A stretch of 64,000 nucleotides of DNA from a virus, in the IMG/VR virus record IMGVR_UViG_3300009157_000003, positions 6,776 to 70,775 of that record, one strand, 5' to 3'. The position numbers and the translations under genes are program-made. The notes beneath the pieces are model-generated. The model did no database searches. It was not told the DNA's origin and worked only from the letters and a program-made list of their open reading frames with translations. Position 1 is the first letter of the stretch. Each line of letters starts with the position of its first letter. Shown piece after piece: positions 46,864-56,593 of the stretch.

Positions 46864-49038
46864 TTATTCGGACCCGGCGCCCGCGTCGTGGCGACTTTCG
46901 GTGACGGTGGTGCGGCCGTCGGACTTCTCTTCCATCTGCGGGGGCGCGCTGCCGGAGGCTTTGCGGCCCGCGGGGTTCTCGGTCATCCCGATCCCCAACT
47001 GGGACTGCGCCATCAGGCGTTCGGTGATCGTCGCCGGGATGCGGAATTCGAGGATCTGCCCGGTCGTCGGGTCCATGATGTACTTGCCGGTCAGCGCCGA
47101 CATCGCCTGTTCGGCGCCCAGCATGTCGCCCCCGGCCTGCGCGGTCGCGGCGGCGGCCATCGCCGATTGGACTTCCTGCTGCGCGCGTTTCATATCGAGC
47201 GGCGGGAGCGGCATCGCGGGCGGCTGCCCGACGTTCGGGATCTCCAACGATTCGAGCAGCGACCAGAAGTCGTACATCCCGCCGCGCGCCAGTTGCAGAC
47301 GGATGAGCTTCTGCTCGGTCGCGTTCATCGCCAGCACCGAGTTGGGCGCGATGGTGAAGACGATCGTCTTCGCGAACGCTTTGGCGCGTTGATCGCGGGG
47401 GAGATCGGCGTCGAACTCGGCTTGGTACGCCGGGTTGGGCTGGCCGGTCGCTTCGTCGTACGCCTTCATCCCAGGGATCAACTGATCCGGGTCGTAGTCG
47501 AAGTCATCGAGGAGCATCCCGGCGTCGCCGAGGATCGTGACCCGCTTGGCGTTGGTCTCGTACTGGAACCGGATGATCTTCATCTGCTCGGCGACGTCGC
47601 GGAGGAAGACTTCGATCTGACGGCCTTCCTGGCGGAGTTCGGGGGTCAGGGCTTCCCAGTACCGTTGGATCGTCTCGGCGCCGGGGAGTTGGCGGAGGGC
47701 CATCAGTTGCATCAGGTTCGGCGTCCCCGAGAGGTCGTCGAACTTGTTGAGCATGAAGTCCATGAACCCTTGCGCGAGCGAGAGGACCTGCGCGGGCGGC
47801 CCCTCGTGCAGCTTGAACCCTTCCTTCATGCCCGTTTGGTTGAGCTTGACTTTAGCGCCCGGGCGCCGCGCGTCGAACAGGCGCATGAAGGATTCACTGA
47901 CGGAGCCGCGATCGAACGAGACGGCGGGGTTCAGCCACTTCTTGATGCCGAGGAGGATGTCGCGCGCGGAGTCGTTGATCGCATCCTGAATCGGCGCGAG
48001 GTCGTTGAGGATCGACAGGCCGAGGAATTGCCAGGGGACTTCCCACAGCTTCAGGCGCGAGACCGGAAACTGCCCGTGCCAATAGGTATTGGGGCCGTCG
48101 TAGAGGACGAACTCGGGGGTGGCGAGGATCATCCGCTTGTACGGGTAGAGATGCTCGCCGGGCTTGACGACGTACGACCAGTTGGCGCCGGGCGAGCCCA
48201 TCGCGATCGGCTTGGTGGTCAGGTTCTTGGTGCGATCGTTCAGGAACGTGCGGTAGAGGATGATCTCGCCCGAGCGGATGCGCGACGCCGCGGCGGGTTG
48301 GTTCAGGCCCGCCAGGGTGTCGTTCGCCGGGCTGATCAACCGGGCAACGGTCTGCCGAAAGCGCCCCATCAGCGTGGAGATGAGCGAGTCGGTCGTCGGG
48401 CGGAAGACGTCGGCGAAGGTCGGGTACAACCCGCGCAGGGCGTTGACGGTGTGGCCCTCGCGCAGGATCAACCCATCCCAGTCTTGAATCGACGTAGACA
48501 TCGGCGCCGGGCGGATCGGCAGCGTGTCGCGGCAATCGCGCGGACTCAACCGAATATCCCCGCCGAGACCGAAGAACGGATCCCACTCGGTGACGCAGTC
48601 GCCGGTGCCGCCCGCGAGCGCGTACTTCACGACGTTCCCCAGCGAGACGTCCATCATCGTGGTGATCCACGAGGCGACCGTGAGCTTGTTGAGGAGATCG
48701 GCGTGCGGGGTGAACGCGGGGTTCGTGGCCTTGTACGAGAACAGCGGCTTGAGATCGGTGAGCGCGGAGACGTGCGCCTGGACGACCTTCTTCGATTGGT
48801 TGATGATGAGGCCGGGGTTGAGGTACGGGAGCGACGCTTCGGACGCGCGCTGTTCGCCGATGACGTACTTCTGCCCGACCTCGATGCGATCGTAGGACGG
48901 GTCGGCGCGGTTGATCCGATCGCCTTCCTGCACGGCTTCGCGGAGCCAGCCGAGGACGCGCGGATCCCCGCCGGACTTCAGCGCGTCGAGCGTCATCGGC
49001 GGGAGCGCTTCGATCCCGCTCGGACTGAAGTCGGCCAC
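46864..49038 (-). CDS. Portal protein (P22-like)
   Basis: IINQ, A...L..L, G.G....WDP, Y.HG.FP, L.PIQD.IN motifs; AGGAG SD; size and position. Confidence 0.85.
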   Translation of the reverse strand: MADFSPSGIEALPPMTLDALKSGGDPRVLGWLREAVQEGDRINRADPSYDRIEVGQKYVIGEQRASEASLPYLNPGLIINQSKKVVQAHVSALTDLKPLFSYKATNPAFTPHADLLNKLTVASWITTMMDVSLGNVVKYALAGGTGDCVTEWDPFFGLGGDIRLSPRDCRDTLPIRPAPMSTSIQDWDGLILREGHTVNALRGLYPTFADVFRPTTDSLISTLMGRFRQTVARLISPANDTLAGLNQPAAASRIRSGEIILYRTFLNDRTKNLTTKPIAMGSPGANWSYVVKPGEHLYPYKRMILATPEFVLYDGPNTYWHGQFPVSRLKLWEVPWQFLGLSILNDLAPIQDAINDSARDILLGIKKWLNPAVSFDRGSVSESFMRLFDARRPGAKVKLNQTGMKEGFKLHEGPPAQVLSLAQGFMDFMLNKFDDLSGTPNLMQLMALRQLPGAETIQRYWEALTPELRQEGRQIEVFLRDVAEQMKIIRFQYETNAKRVTILGDAGMLLDDFDYDPDQLIPGMKAYDEATGQPNPAYQAEFDADLPRDQRAKAFAKTIVFTIAPNSVLAMNATEQKLIRLQLARGGMYDFWSLLESLEIPNVGQPPAMPLPPLDMKRAQQEVQSAMAAAATAQAGGDMLGAEQAMSALTGKYIMDPTTGQILEFRIPATITERLMAQSQLGIGMTENPAGRKASGSAPPQMEEKSDGRTTVTESRHDAGAGSE

Positions 49039-49039
49039 G

Positions 49040-49552
49040 CTACTCTCCTGACAGCAGGGGGCTCGCGGTGTCCTCGGTGACGCCCGGGCCGAGCGCGCCG
49101 TCGCTGTGATCGACGGCCTTGAAGGCGCCGCGGCGGCCGAACTTCCGCTTCGTCTCGGCGGAGAGCGCGACCGGAGTGTCGCCGACGGCCGCGCGCGGAT
49201 CGCCGAAGACATTGACGTCGCCGTTCGAGTGATCCTGCGACCACATGCGGAAGGACAGCGCTTCGCCCTCGCCGTTCTTCGCGGCTTGCGCGGTCTCGCG
49301 TTCAATCTGCCGCATCTGCTGGATCGACGTGACCTCGACCTCGCGATAGGAGCCGTCGGGCTGTTTGATGTGCACCGGGAAGGGGCGGACCTGGAGATCG
49401 ATCGCGCCGACGGCCGGGCACCAGTCCATCTTCGTCGGCACGTGCCCGTTTAGGCAGAGCGGCGGATTCTCAGAGGCCCGCTGCGCCACCGGGCGGTAGA
49501 TGTCCCGCAGGACGACGGCGCAGACGGGGCAGACGTAGTCGTGGAGCGGCAC
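49040..49552 (-). CDS. FmdB-like zinc-ribbon protein
   Basis: MPLHDYVCPVC...C..GH..M motif. Confidence 0.7.
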   Translation of the reverse strand: MPLHDYVCPVCAVVLRDIYRPVAQRASENPPLCLNGHVPTKMDWCPAVGAIDLQVRPFPVHIKQPDGSYREVEVTSIQQMRQIERETAQAAKNGEGEALSFRMWSQDHSNGDVNVFGDPRAAVGDTPVALSAETKRKFGRRGAFKAVDHSDGALGPGVTEDTASPLLSGE

Positions 49553-49558
49553 CGGATC

Positions 49559-50182
49559 CTACGACTTCGCCGGAGGCTTCGGAGGCTGCGCCGGACGCGG
49601 ACCGGCCGGAGGCTGCGGCGCCGACGGGCGGGGCGCCGTGTGCGATCCGGTCGGCGTCGGCAAGACCGACTGCACGTGCGTGATCGGATCGTCGGCCGGG
49701 TTCGGCGTGCGATCCGGACGCGCGAGCGGCGACGGCGGCGGGATCGGCGGCGCGGGCGGCTTGACCGGCGGCGCGGGCGGCTCCACGGCCGGACCCCCAC
49801 CGGAGGTGTAGAAAAAGTCGCGCGTGATCACCGCGACGATCTCCTCGACGAGCGCGGCGACGGGCTTGCCCTGGCGCGCGGCGCGGTTCACCAACTCCGC
49901 CATCTGGCCCTCGGAGAGCCGGATCCGCACGCCTTCGAAGGTGATCCCGGCGAGCCCTTCGAGGCGCTTCGCGAGATCCACGCCATCGACGATCGGCGGG
50001 CCGCCCACGCGCTGCTCGATGGCGTCGAGCGCGGACGGTGGGATCACGATCGCTTTCTTGCCGGGTTCGAGCGATCGGAACCGGCGCAACTGATCGGTGA
50101 TCACGCTGTTGATATCCCGCCCCTGCGCGTGCGCGTAGGTCAGGTACACATCGCAGACGGCGTCGTCGAGGGTGAGGCGCAT
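49559..50182 (-). CDS. Hypothetical protein (duplicated RHH-like motifs, Pro-rich tail)
   Basis: ATG 8 nt after TGcTATCCT; MRLTLDD..A...G and IRLSE....L..RA...G repeats. Confidence 0.6.
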   Translation of the reverse strand: MRLTLDDAVCDVYLTYAHAQGRDINSVITDQLRRFRSLEPGKKAIVIPPSALDAIEQRVGGPPIVDGVDLAKRLEGLAGITFEGVRIRLSEGQMAELVNRAARQGKPVAALVEEIVAVITRDFFYTSGGGPAVEPPAPPVKPPAPPIPPPSPLARPDRTPNPADDPITHVQSVLPTPTGSHTAPRPSAPQPPAGPRPAQPPKPPAKS

Positions 50183-50205
50183 GGCGACAGAGGATAGCAC
50201 GCCCC

Positions 50206-53184
50206 TCACTTCCCGATCGACGAGACGACGAGCCCGGTCGGCCCGCAGACCCCGATCGTCTCGGGGCTCGTGACCGCCGCGATGCTCGTCGCCGTCGTCC
50301 ACAGCACCCGGAACCGATGCGGCCCCGCCGACAAGGTCGGGATCGGCCGGGAGTACGGCGCCGTCGCGTCCACCGTGCTGATGCTCACCCACGCGGCCTT
50401 GACCAGATCGAAGCGCTGGAAGAGCGCCCGCGGCCCCGTCATCCCCGTCGGTGGGTCGGCGTTGATCGTGTCGCCTTGGCAGGTGCGGACGAGGAGGACC
50501 ACCGTCGGGGGCGGGACCAGCCGTGGCCGCTTCTCCTCTTCGATCTCTTCGAGCGGCGGACATTCTTTGCCGCCGTTCTCCGGCTTCGTCGTGATCGTGC
50601 GCTGGTGCCCGCGCGTGCGGGTCTCTTCGTTCGGGCCGGTGATCACCCAGTCGGACCACGGTCCCCACGGATCCCACGGCGACACCACGCAATCGATCGG
50701 ATCGGTCGGCGGCGGGGGCGGGGGCGGTGGGGGCGGCGGCGGCGGCGGCAGCGTGCCGAGCCCGCGATTCATCCGGACGAAGCGCCGCACCGAGGCGAGC
50801 GCCACGGGATCATTGGTGATCGCGGCGGGCCACTGGAAGTACGCATCGATCTCGCCGTCGGTACTGAGCGGGCCGATCGCCCACGCATCGGGGAGGCCGA
50901 CGTAATTGTGCGCGTTCCAGCCGAACCAGAGGTTCAGCGGGTTCGACGGCACGATCGTCGGGCGGACCGGGAAGGCGTAGTGGAACGGGCCGCGTGCGCC
51001 GAATCCCCAGATGCGCTCGTCGTCGAGGGTCTGGTTCGAATTCACACCGGCGGCGATGTCCGGGTCGGTCGGCTTGCGGAGGCGCAGGCGGGTGAGGCCG
51101 TGCCCGCCGATGCCCGAGAAGATCACCGCGCCGCGGGGATCCACGATCGACATCCACGGGTAGTGCGGCGGGCGGGTGTACTGGACCGGGCCGGTACCGA
51201 CGGGCTTGCTGGAATTCGCGCGGCCGAACACCCAGGACTTGAACGTGCCGTCGAGCGAGGTATAGCGGAAGTTTTCGTTGAAGCGATCTTCGCCATCCAG
51301 GCACGTCGGCGGCTGCGGCCCTTCGACCGGCAGCACGCAGCCGGGCGCGGGCGCGAGCGAGGTCGCGTTCCCCCAGTAGATCCCATCCTTCAACCCGGCG
51401 TTGCCCCAGCGATCGACGTCGCCCGTGACCCAGCCCCGCGCCCACCGGCCGTCGAAGCTGCCGTCCGTCATCTGATCGATGAGCGCGGCGGTGTGCGTGA
51501 CGGGGTTGAGCCGACGGAGGGTGTTGAGGCCGCGATCGAAGACCACCAACTCGCCGGTGGAGGCGATGCGGACGAAGTAGGGGAAGTAGATCGTCGGGTT
51601 GGCGCCGGTGACGGTGACCTGCGCGCGGACCGCGGTCTGGCCCCAGCACGCGAGGCGGATATCGACCTCGCAGGTGATGTTGGGCTTGCCGACCAGGGTC
51701 TCGCTGACGCCCGGGCCGCCAAACGCGGTGGTGACGGCGCCGGTGGCGATCTCGATGCGGCGGATCGCGTCGTTGTCGTGATCGCTGACGTACAGGTACT
51801 TCCCGTCGAGGCTCGCGACGAGCGAGAACGGATGGCGGAACCGCGCGGCCGCGCCGACCCCATTGACGTAGCCTTCGCTGTGATTGGGATCCCCCGCGAG
51901 CAGGTAGACGTCCCCCGTCCAGTCCTGGCGATTGACCAGGACCGAATAGATGGCGTTGTCGTAGAACCCGGCGACGAAGACGCGATTCGGGTTCGTCGGG
52001 TCGAGCGCGACGTCCATCGCCTGATGCCAGCCGGGGTCGAGCGGATCGTTCCACCCCCCGGTGACGAAGCGGCCGCGGAATTCCATGTTCTGCCGAATCA
52101 CGGTCAGCGGCTTCTTCACCCACACGGGGTGTTTATCCGGGCGGACGCGCCAGCCGACGACGGTCACGAGTTCGCCGTCGGGGTGCATCACGCGGAGTTG
52201 GCCCGACTTATTGGCGAGCCAGCAGCGGCCGTCGGGATCGCAGACGCCCTGCACGTAGCCGTTCGTCCAGCCGACCCCGCGGGGGCCGTCCTTCACGGGG
52301 AACGCGCGATGCCCGTGATCGCCGTGCGCCGTCGGGTCCGTGTTGCCGTTGTTATTCCACAGCCCGATGTACCCCTCGCTCGCCTTCGGCCAGAGCGCGC
52401 GGACGAAGCGCTTCCCCGCGTCGATCGTGCCGGGGGGTTCTTCCCAGAGCATCTGCGCGCCGAGGAATTGTTGATTGTGCGGTTGCAGCATCTCCTGATA
52501 GAGATCCTGCTGGTACGCGGGCGCGGCGTGCCACGGGGTGACGGTGGTGTCGGCCGGATAGCCGCGGGGCAGGAGCGTCGTGACGTCACGGTACGCGCCG
52601 TCCATCTGCGCGGCTTCGAAGACGTAGTCTTGTTCGTTCTGGCTCAGGAACGGGACGAGCGGGGAGAACGACGGGCGGCCGCCCAGGTGCAGGAACATCG
52701 GGTACGGCGCGAAGTCTTGCATCGTCGGCGCGGTGACGCAGGTCACCGGCTCGAAGAATTGGCAGCCCTTGTTGGCGGACGGGGTCGCCTGAATGTTCAC
52801 GCTCACGTCGTGGAAACCGCCCGGCAGGGTGGCGAGCGCGGGCGCGTCGTGCGCGATCGTGAAGAGGTACGGCGCGTCGAGGAACGGCGAGATCGGGACG
52901 CCGTGGACGGTGTACTGGATCTTCAGTTGCGCCGCGGCATAGTTGGTGAAGACCTCGATGCCGAGGCGATCAATGTGGACTTTGAACGAGATCGACGCGG
53001 CCTCGGGCTCGCCGTGATGGAGGTGCCCCCACCGATCGTCGGTCATCTCCAGCCCGGCGGTCTTGATCACTTTGATGCGCCAGTACGCCCAGGTGTCGGG
53101 CCACCCCAGGGCTTGCATCGCCCAGGCGCCCGCCGAGCCGACGACCAACAGCAGCAATAGCAGCAGGAGTCCGCGACGGTGCAT
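50206..53184 (-). CDS. Secreted NHL-repeat beta-propeller protein with poly-Pro linker and TSP1 (spondin-like) domain
   Basis: GGAGGAGG SD; MHRRGLLLLLLLLVVGSAGAWA leader; GYVNGVGAAARFRHPFSL..LYVSD..N.AIRRI NHL repeat; DCVVSPWDPWGPWS..RTR...NGGKECP. Confidence 0.8.
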   Translation of the reverse strand: MHRRGLLLLLLLLVVGSAGAWAMQALGWPDTWAYWRIKVIKTAGLEMTDDRWGHLHHGEPEAASISFKVHIDRLGIEVFTNYAAAQLKIQYTVHGVPISPFLDAPYLFTIAHDAPALATLPGGFHDVSVNIQATPSANKGCQFFEPVTCVTAPTMQDFAPYPMFLHLGGRPSFSPLVPFLSQNEQDYVFEAAQMDGAYRDVTTLLPRGYPADTTVTPWHAAPAYQQDLYQEMLQPHNQQFLGAQMLWEEPPGTIDAGKRFVRALWPKASEGYIGLWNNNGNTDPTAHGDHGHRAFPVKDGPRGVGWTNGYVQGVCDPDGRCWLANKSGQLRVMHPDGELVTVVGWRVRPDKHPVWVKKPLTVIRQNMEFRGRFVTGGWNDPLDPGWHQAMDVALDPTNPNRVFVAGFYDNAIYSVLVNRQDWTGDVYLLAGDPNHSEGYVNGVGAAARFRHPFSLVASLDGKYLYVSDHDNDAIRRIEIATGAVTTAFGGPGVSETLVGKPNITCEVDIRLACWGQTAVRAQVTVTGANPTIYFPYFVRIASTGELVVFDRGLNTLRRLNPVTHTAALIDQMTDGSFDGRWARGWVTGDVDRWGNAGLKDGIYWGNATSLAPAPGCVLPVEGPQPPTCLDGEDRFNENFRYTSLDGTFKSWVFGRANSSKPVGTGPVQYTRPPHYPWMSIVDPRGAVIFSGIGGHGLTRLRLRKPTDPDIAAGVNSNQTLDDERIWGFGARGPFHYAFPVRPTIVPSNPLNLWFGWNAHNYVGLPDAWAIGPLSTDGEIDAYFQWPAAITNDPVALASVRRFVRMNRGLGTLPPPPPPPPPPPPPPTDPIDCVVSPWDPWGPWSDWVITGPNEETRTRGHQRTITTKPENGGKECPPLEEIEEEKRPRLVPPPTVVLLVRTCQGDTINADPPTGMTGPRALFQRFDLVKAAWVSISTVDATAPYSRPIPTLSAGPHRFRVLWTTATSIAAVTSPETIGVCGPTGLVVSSIGK

Positions 53185-53222
53185 GGGGTCCCTCCTCCGG
53201 GATCAGGTGCGCGCCGAGTGTA

Positions 53223-54143
53223 CTACCACGCGACATCGTCGGTCCGACGGGGGTCGTAGAGGATCTCGTCGATCTCCGGATCGAGCCCGACGTTGACCCC
53301 GAGCCGATCGGCTTCGTCGGCGGTCGCGGGGGTGTTGCGCCAGTCGGGCGTCGCGAGCTTCTGGCCTTCGGCCGCGGCCTCGTTGTGCGCGCGTTGTTGA
53401 TGGCGGCGCCGCCTGCGCTCCTCCAGCGGCTCGGTCTCTCCGGCCTGCATGCGGAACGCCACGTAGTTGGCGATCGCGGCGGCCATGATGCAGTCGTCCT
53501 TGGCCCCGCGCGCGGCCGCGGCTTCCCAGAGCGCGCCGTCGGTCGTGAAATCTTTAAGCTGATCGAGGAGGATCGCCGAGTGGATGATGTAGTCGCTTTG
53601 CTCGGTGATCGGATCCCAGGTGCAGAGCGCGTCGTAGAACTTCGAGAGGAGGATCGGACGGGTGCGGACGTTGGTCTGCCAGCCGATGCGGCGGCTGTAC
53701 CGCGAGTCGGTGTCGCGCGCGTCGAGGTACTCCCAGATGTAGAAGTGGGTGTACCCGAGATGCAACTGCAAGGTGTCCTGGGTCGAGAGCCCGTGGTTAT
53801 TACATTCGATCGCGACCATCGCCTCGTAGCCGTCCTCGTCGAGGTACCACTGGCCGAGCGTTTGGATCGTGTACGCGAGTTGGACCGGGAGGATCTCGTT
53901 CGAGACGAATTCGGCGACCTGCTCGGCGGGCTCTTCGATCGTCCCGCAGCGGGTGACGTTGATGACCGAGTCGTCGAGCCCGATGCCGTCGGCGACGTCC
54001 GCACTGATGACGTAGCGCCGGGCGCCGCGCCGCCGCGGGGTCTCGTAGACGGTGAGGAGGTTGGTGATGTCGCCGCGCTCGGTGAGTTCGCCGGGGCGCG
54101 GGCGCCGGAAGCCGTAGCCGCCGGGGAGGATCAGGGGCTCCAC
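53223..54143 (-). CDS. terL: Terminase large subunit, nuclease (RNase H-like) domain
   Basis: YVISADVADG...DDS, IECNNHG, GWQT...TRP, DDCIMAAAIA. Confidence 0.9.
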   Translation of the reverse strand: MEPLILPGGYGFRRPRPGELTERGDITNLLTVYETPRRRGARRYVISADVADGIGLDDSVINVTRCGTIEEPAEQVAEFVSNEILPVQLAYTIQTLGQWYLDEDGYEAMVAIECNNHGLSTQDTLQLHLGYTHFYIWEYLDARDTDSRYSRRIGWQTNVRTRPILLSKFYDALCTWDPITEQSDYIIHSAILLDQLKDFTTDGALWEAAAARGAKDDCIMAAAIANYVAFRMQAGETEPLEERRRRRHQQRAHNEAAAEGQKLATPDWRNTPATADEADRLGVNVGLDPEIDEILYDPRRTDDVAW

Positions 54144-54147
54144 ACGC

Positions 54148-54318
54148 TCACGTCTTCGGATTCACCCAGTGCGGGAAGAGCGTTTTCAGATCGCGCTCCA
54201 TCGCCGTCTCGGATCGAAACCCGCGGATACCGCGCGCGATACACACCGACCCGCGCCACACCCGCCAGTACCATTTGCCGTTCCCTGGGCCACGTCGATA
54301 CCGATTCACACGGATCAT
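54148..54318 (-). CDS. 56-aa YegP/DUF1508-like protein (missing from the ORF track)
   Basis: AGGAGG SD; my translation is MIRVNRYRRGPGNGKWYWRVWRGSVCIARGIRGFRSETAMERDLKTLFPHWVNPKT, with a GKWYWR..IA.G..G pattern. Confidence 0.7.
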   Translation of the reverse strand: MIRVNRYRRGPGNGKWYWRVWRGSVCIARGIRGFRSETAMERDLKTLFPHWVNPKT

Positions 54319-54328
54319 TCTAAGCCTC

Positions 54329-55642
54329 CTAGATCACCTTATGCGTCAGCCCGCCGCCCGCGGCCTGATCGCGCTCCCACGCCTTCAAGGTGGCGATGTC
54401 CTTCGCGGGCTCGACGAAGAGGACGTCGATCGGTTGCTTCGCCTGTTGGGCGAGTTTCTCGCGCGTTTTGACGGAGAAGATCGATCGCCCGGCGTGCTGG
54501 AACGCATCCTCCGCCGTGGCGGGGTACTCCTCGTAGAACACGTGCAGGCGATCCTTCTCGTCGTAGAGCGCGTGGTTGCGCTCGTACCAGTACGCCTGCT
54601 CGCGACTAAGGCGATGCGTGCGGCCCAGGAGATATTTGGCCGAGGAGCGCTCGACCTTGTCCATGTGCTCCTTGGTCGTCGGGTTGGGTGCCCAGCCGTC
54701 GGGGGCGACTTCCCAGTACTTATCCGGCTCGATGTACCACGGGATGAAGACGTTGAAGAAGCGCGTCAGCCCGCGGTCGGTGTTCAACCATTGATGGTGC
54801 CACCAGTCGTACCGGCCCTTCGCGGTCGATTCGAGGACGCCGAAGGTGCGTGGGCGGCGCGGCACACCGGGCAGCAGGCCGTCGTCGATCTGCTCGGGGC
54901 GCTCCCAGGTGGACAACTCGGAGAGATGGAGGATGCCCCAGGTTTTGCCGCGGCCGATGTTGCCCTTGGTCCCGCCGCGATCCTGAAGACCACCGCGCTG
55001 GGATTTGCCCGCGGCGACGCGCAGGCTCGATCCCGTCTCGAAGCTGAAGATCGATCCCTTATTGGTGGGCGGCGTCGCCGACGGCTTGAGCCACCACGGG
55101 AGCGCATCGATCACCGTCTCGGCCATCCCGAGGAGATAGGAGGATTGCTCGGGGACGTCGGCGGCGACGAGCCCCCGCACGGTGGTCTGCGTGGTGACGC
55201 GGTGCGCGAGGATCACCTCCGTCTCCGTGCTGATCCCCAACTGGCGCGCTTTGAGGACGTTCAGGAGGATCCCATCCGGGTGACCCGTGTCGCGGTACTG
55301 CTGCTCGTAGTGCGCGATCGTCGCGAGGAAGAGGTTCTGGGATTCCCAGCGCGGGACGAGCGGTTCGGCGTCCTGGGTTTCCTTGGCGACCATCGCCCAG
55401 CGCTCCGACCAGTACCGATAATCCAGGGTCGCGAGGAGGCGCTCGTGCGTGATGAAGGTTTGCTCGGCGGCGGTCAGGTCGCGCTTCGGGTGCCCTTTGA
55501 CATCGACGGCGTCGGCGAGTTGATCGCGGAGCGCCCAGCACTCGTCATGCGGCGTCCGGCGGAGCCTGCCGCCCGGGATGGCGTCGCCGAGCGCCCGCTC
55601 GACGCGGTCCTGGCTCTCGGCGATGACGTCGGGGTGGAACAT
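54329..55642 (-). CDS. terL: Terminase large subunit, ATPase domain
   Basis: LKARQLGIST Walker A, GRG.T, LHLSE Walker B, ESTAKG, FIPWY, F.EEYP...EDAF. Confidence 0.92.
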   Translation of the reverse strand: MFHPDVIAESQDRVERALGDAIPGGRLRRTPHDECWALRDQLADAVDVKGHPKRDLTAAEQTFITHERLLATLDYRYWSERWAMVAKETQDAEPLVPRWESQNLFLATIAHYEQQYRDTGHPDGILLNVLKARQLGISTETEVILAHRVTTQTTVRGLVAADVPEQSSYLLGMAETVIDALPWWLKPSATPPTNKGSIFSFETGSSLRVAAGKSQRGGLQDRGGTKGNIGRGKTWGILHLSELSTWERPEQIDDGLLPGVPRRPRTFGVLESTAKGRYDWWHHQWLNTDRGLTRFFNVFIPWYIEPDKYWEVAPDGWAPNPTTKEHMDKVERSSAKYLLGRTHRLSREQAYWYERNHALYDEKDRLHVFYEEYPATAEDAFQHAGRSIFSVKTREKLAQQAKQPIDVLFVEPAKDIATLKAWERDQAAGGGLTHKVI

Positions 55643-55669
55643 GCCTGCGGCGCAGTATAGCGCCGGAGG

Positions 55670-55900
55670 CTAGCCGTCGGTCTTCCCACCCACCTGCGGC
55701 GCCGCCAGCGGGGGCGTGTCGATCGGGACCGCAAGGCCCTTCGACGCGAGCCACGCTTCGCCCACGCGGATCACCCGATCGGCGATCTGCTGGACGGCGG
55801 CGATGACCTCGGCGTCGGTCATGCCCGGCTTGCGCCGCAGCAGCGCGGCGATCTCCGGAATGACGACGTTGATCAGGATCGTGTGGATGAGGGGGTTCAC
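55670..55900 (-). CDS. Hypothetical protein next to the lipoprotein
   Basis: GGAGG SD; GTGA coupling. Confidence 0.6.
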   Translation of the reverse strand: MNPLIHTILINVVIPEIAALLRRKPGMTDAEVIAAVQQIADRVIRVGEAWLASKGLAVPIDTPPLAAPQVGGKTDG

Positions 55901-56334
55901 CGGAGACCTCCGAGGGGACGCGGGGCCGCGATCGGGCGCGGAGCCGTCCCGCCCCGGACGGTCGCGAGAATGGTGTCGATCGCGAGGATGTACGCTTCGT
56001 AGGTGGTAGCGATCGGCGGCGGGATCGCGGCCTTCGCTTCATTCCACGCGACGGTGACGCTCGCGAGCCAGCCCTGGGGACTGGTGCGGATCACCTTGGC
56101 CGCGCCGACGGTGAACCGCACGATCGGGATCGCGACGGCGTCGGGGAGGGCCGACTTGGCGTTGGCGTCGATCGCCGCGGTTTGCAGGCGCTCGATGCGG
56201 ATCAGGACTTCGTTCTGGTAGTAGGCTTGGCGCCCCTCGGGCGTCTGGAGGTTCGCCATCTGGCTGGCGCACCCGATCGTGAGGGCGACGAGCACGACGA
56301 CGACGAGCGGCACCGGACGGTAGGGGGATCGCAT
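55897..56334 (-). CDS. Lipoprotein (possible spanin component)
   Basis: MRSPYRPVPLVVVVLVALTIG-C lipobox; lies in the lysis region. Confidence 0.7.
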   Translation of the reverse strand: MRSPYRPVPLVVVVLVALTIGCASQMANLQTPEGRQAYYQNEVLIRIERLQTAAIDANAKSALPDAVAIPIVRFTVGAAKVIRTSPQGWLASVTVAWNEAKAAIPPPIATTYEAYILAIDTILATVRGGTAPRPIAAPRPLGGLR

Positions 56335-56358
56335 GCGCGCGAGTCTAGCACGTCCGGC

Positions 56359-56397
56359 GCCGTCGGAGACTGCCGTCGGAGACTGCCGTCGGAGACT
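56359..56397. repeat. 3 x 13-bp tandem repeat GCCGTCGGAGACT
   Basis: Exact copies at 56359, 56372 and 56385; a further copy at 46106-46118. Confidence 0.9.
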
Positions 56398-56584
56398 AGC
56401 GGCGCGGCGGGATCGGCGGCCCCCAGAAGATGTACCAGAGCGCCACGACGACGATCACCGCCCGGATGATGATCCAGAGCGGGCCGGTGATCGTGAACTG
56501 AAGCAGCGACCCGACCGCCGGGATCACCGCGTACGCCAACACGACGACGACGACGGCGATGAGCGCGCGCACGAAGTACGCCAT
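56396..56584 (-). CDS. Small 2-TM membrane protein (holin-like)
   Basis: AGGAGG SD; two hydrophobic helices; directly after the lysozyme. Confidence 0.7.
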   Translation of the reverse strand: MAYFVRALIAVVVVVLAYAVIPAVGSLLQFTITGPLWIIIRAVIVVVALWYIFWGPPIPPRR

Positions 56585-56593
56585 ACCATCCTC

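Noticed and set aside
18339-54331. TAG stop-codon reassignment explaining the split polA and terL
   Set aside because: In both cases the halves are in different frames, TAG ends many normal genes here, and no suppressor tRNA was seen
56359-56397. Mini CRISPR array
   Set aside because: The 13-bp units are directly adjacent with no spacers, and there are no cas genes
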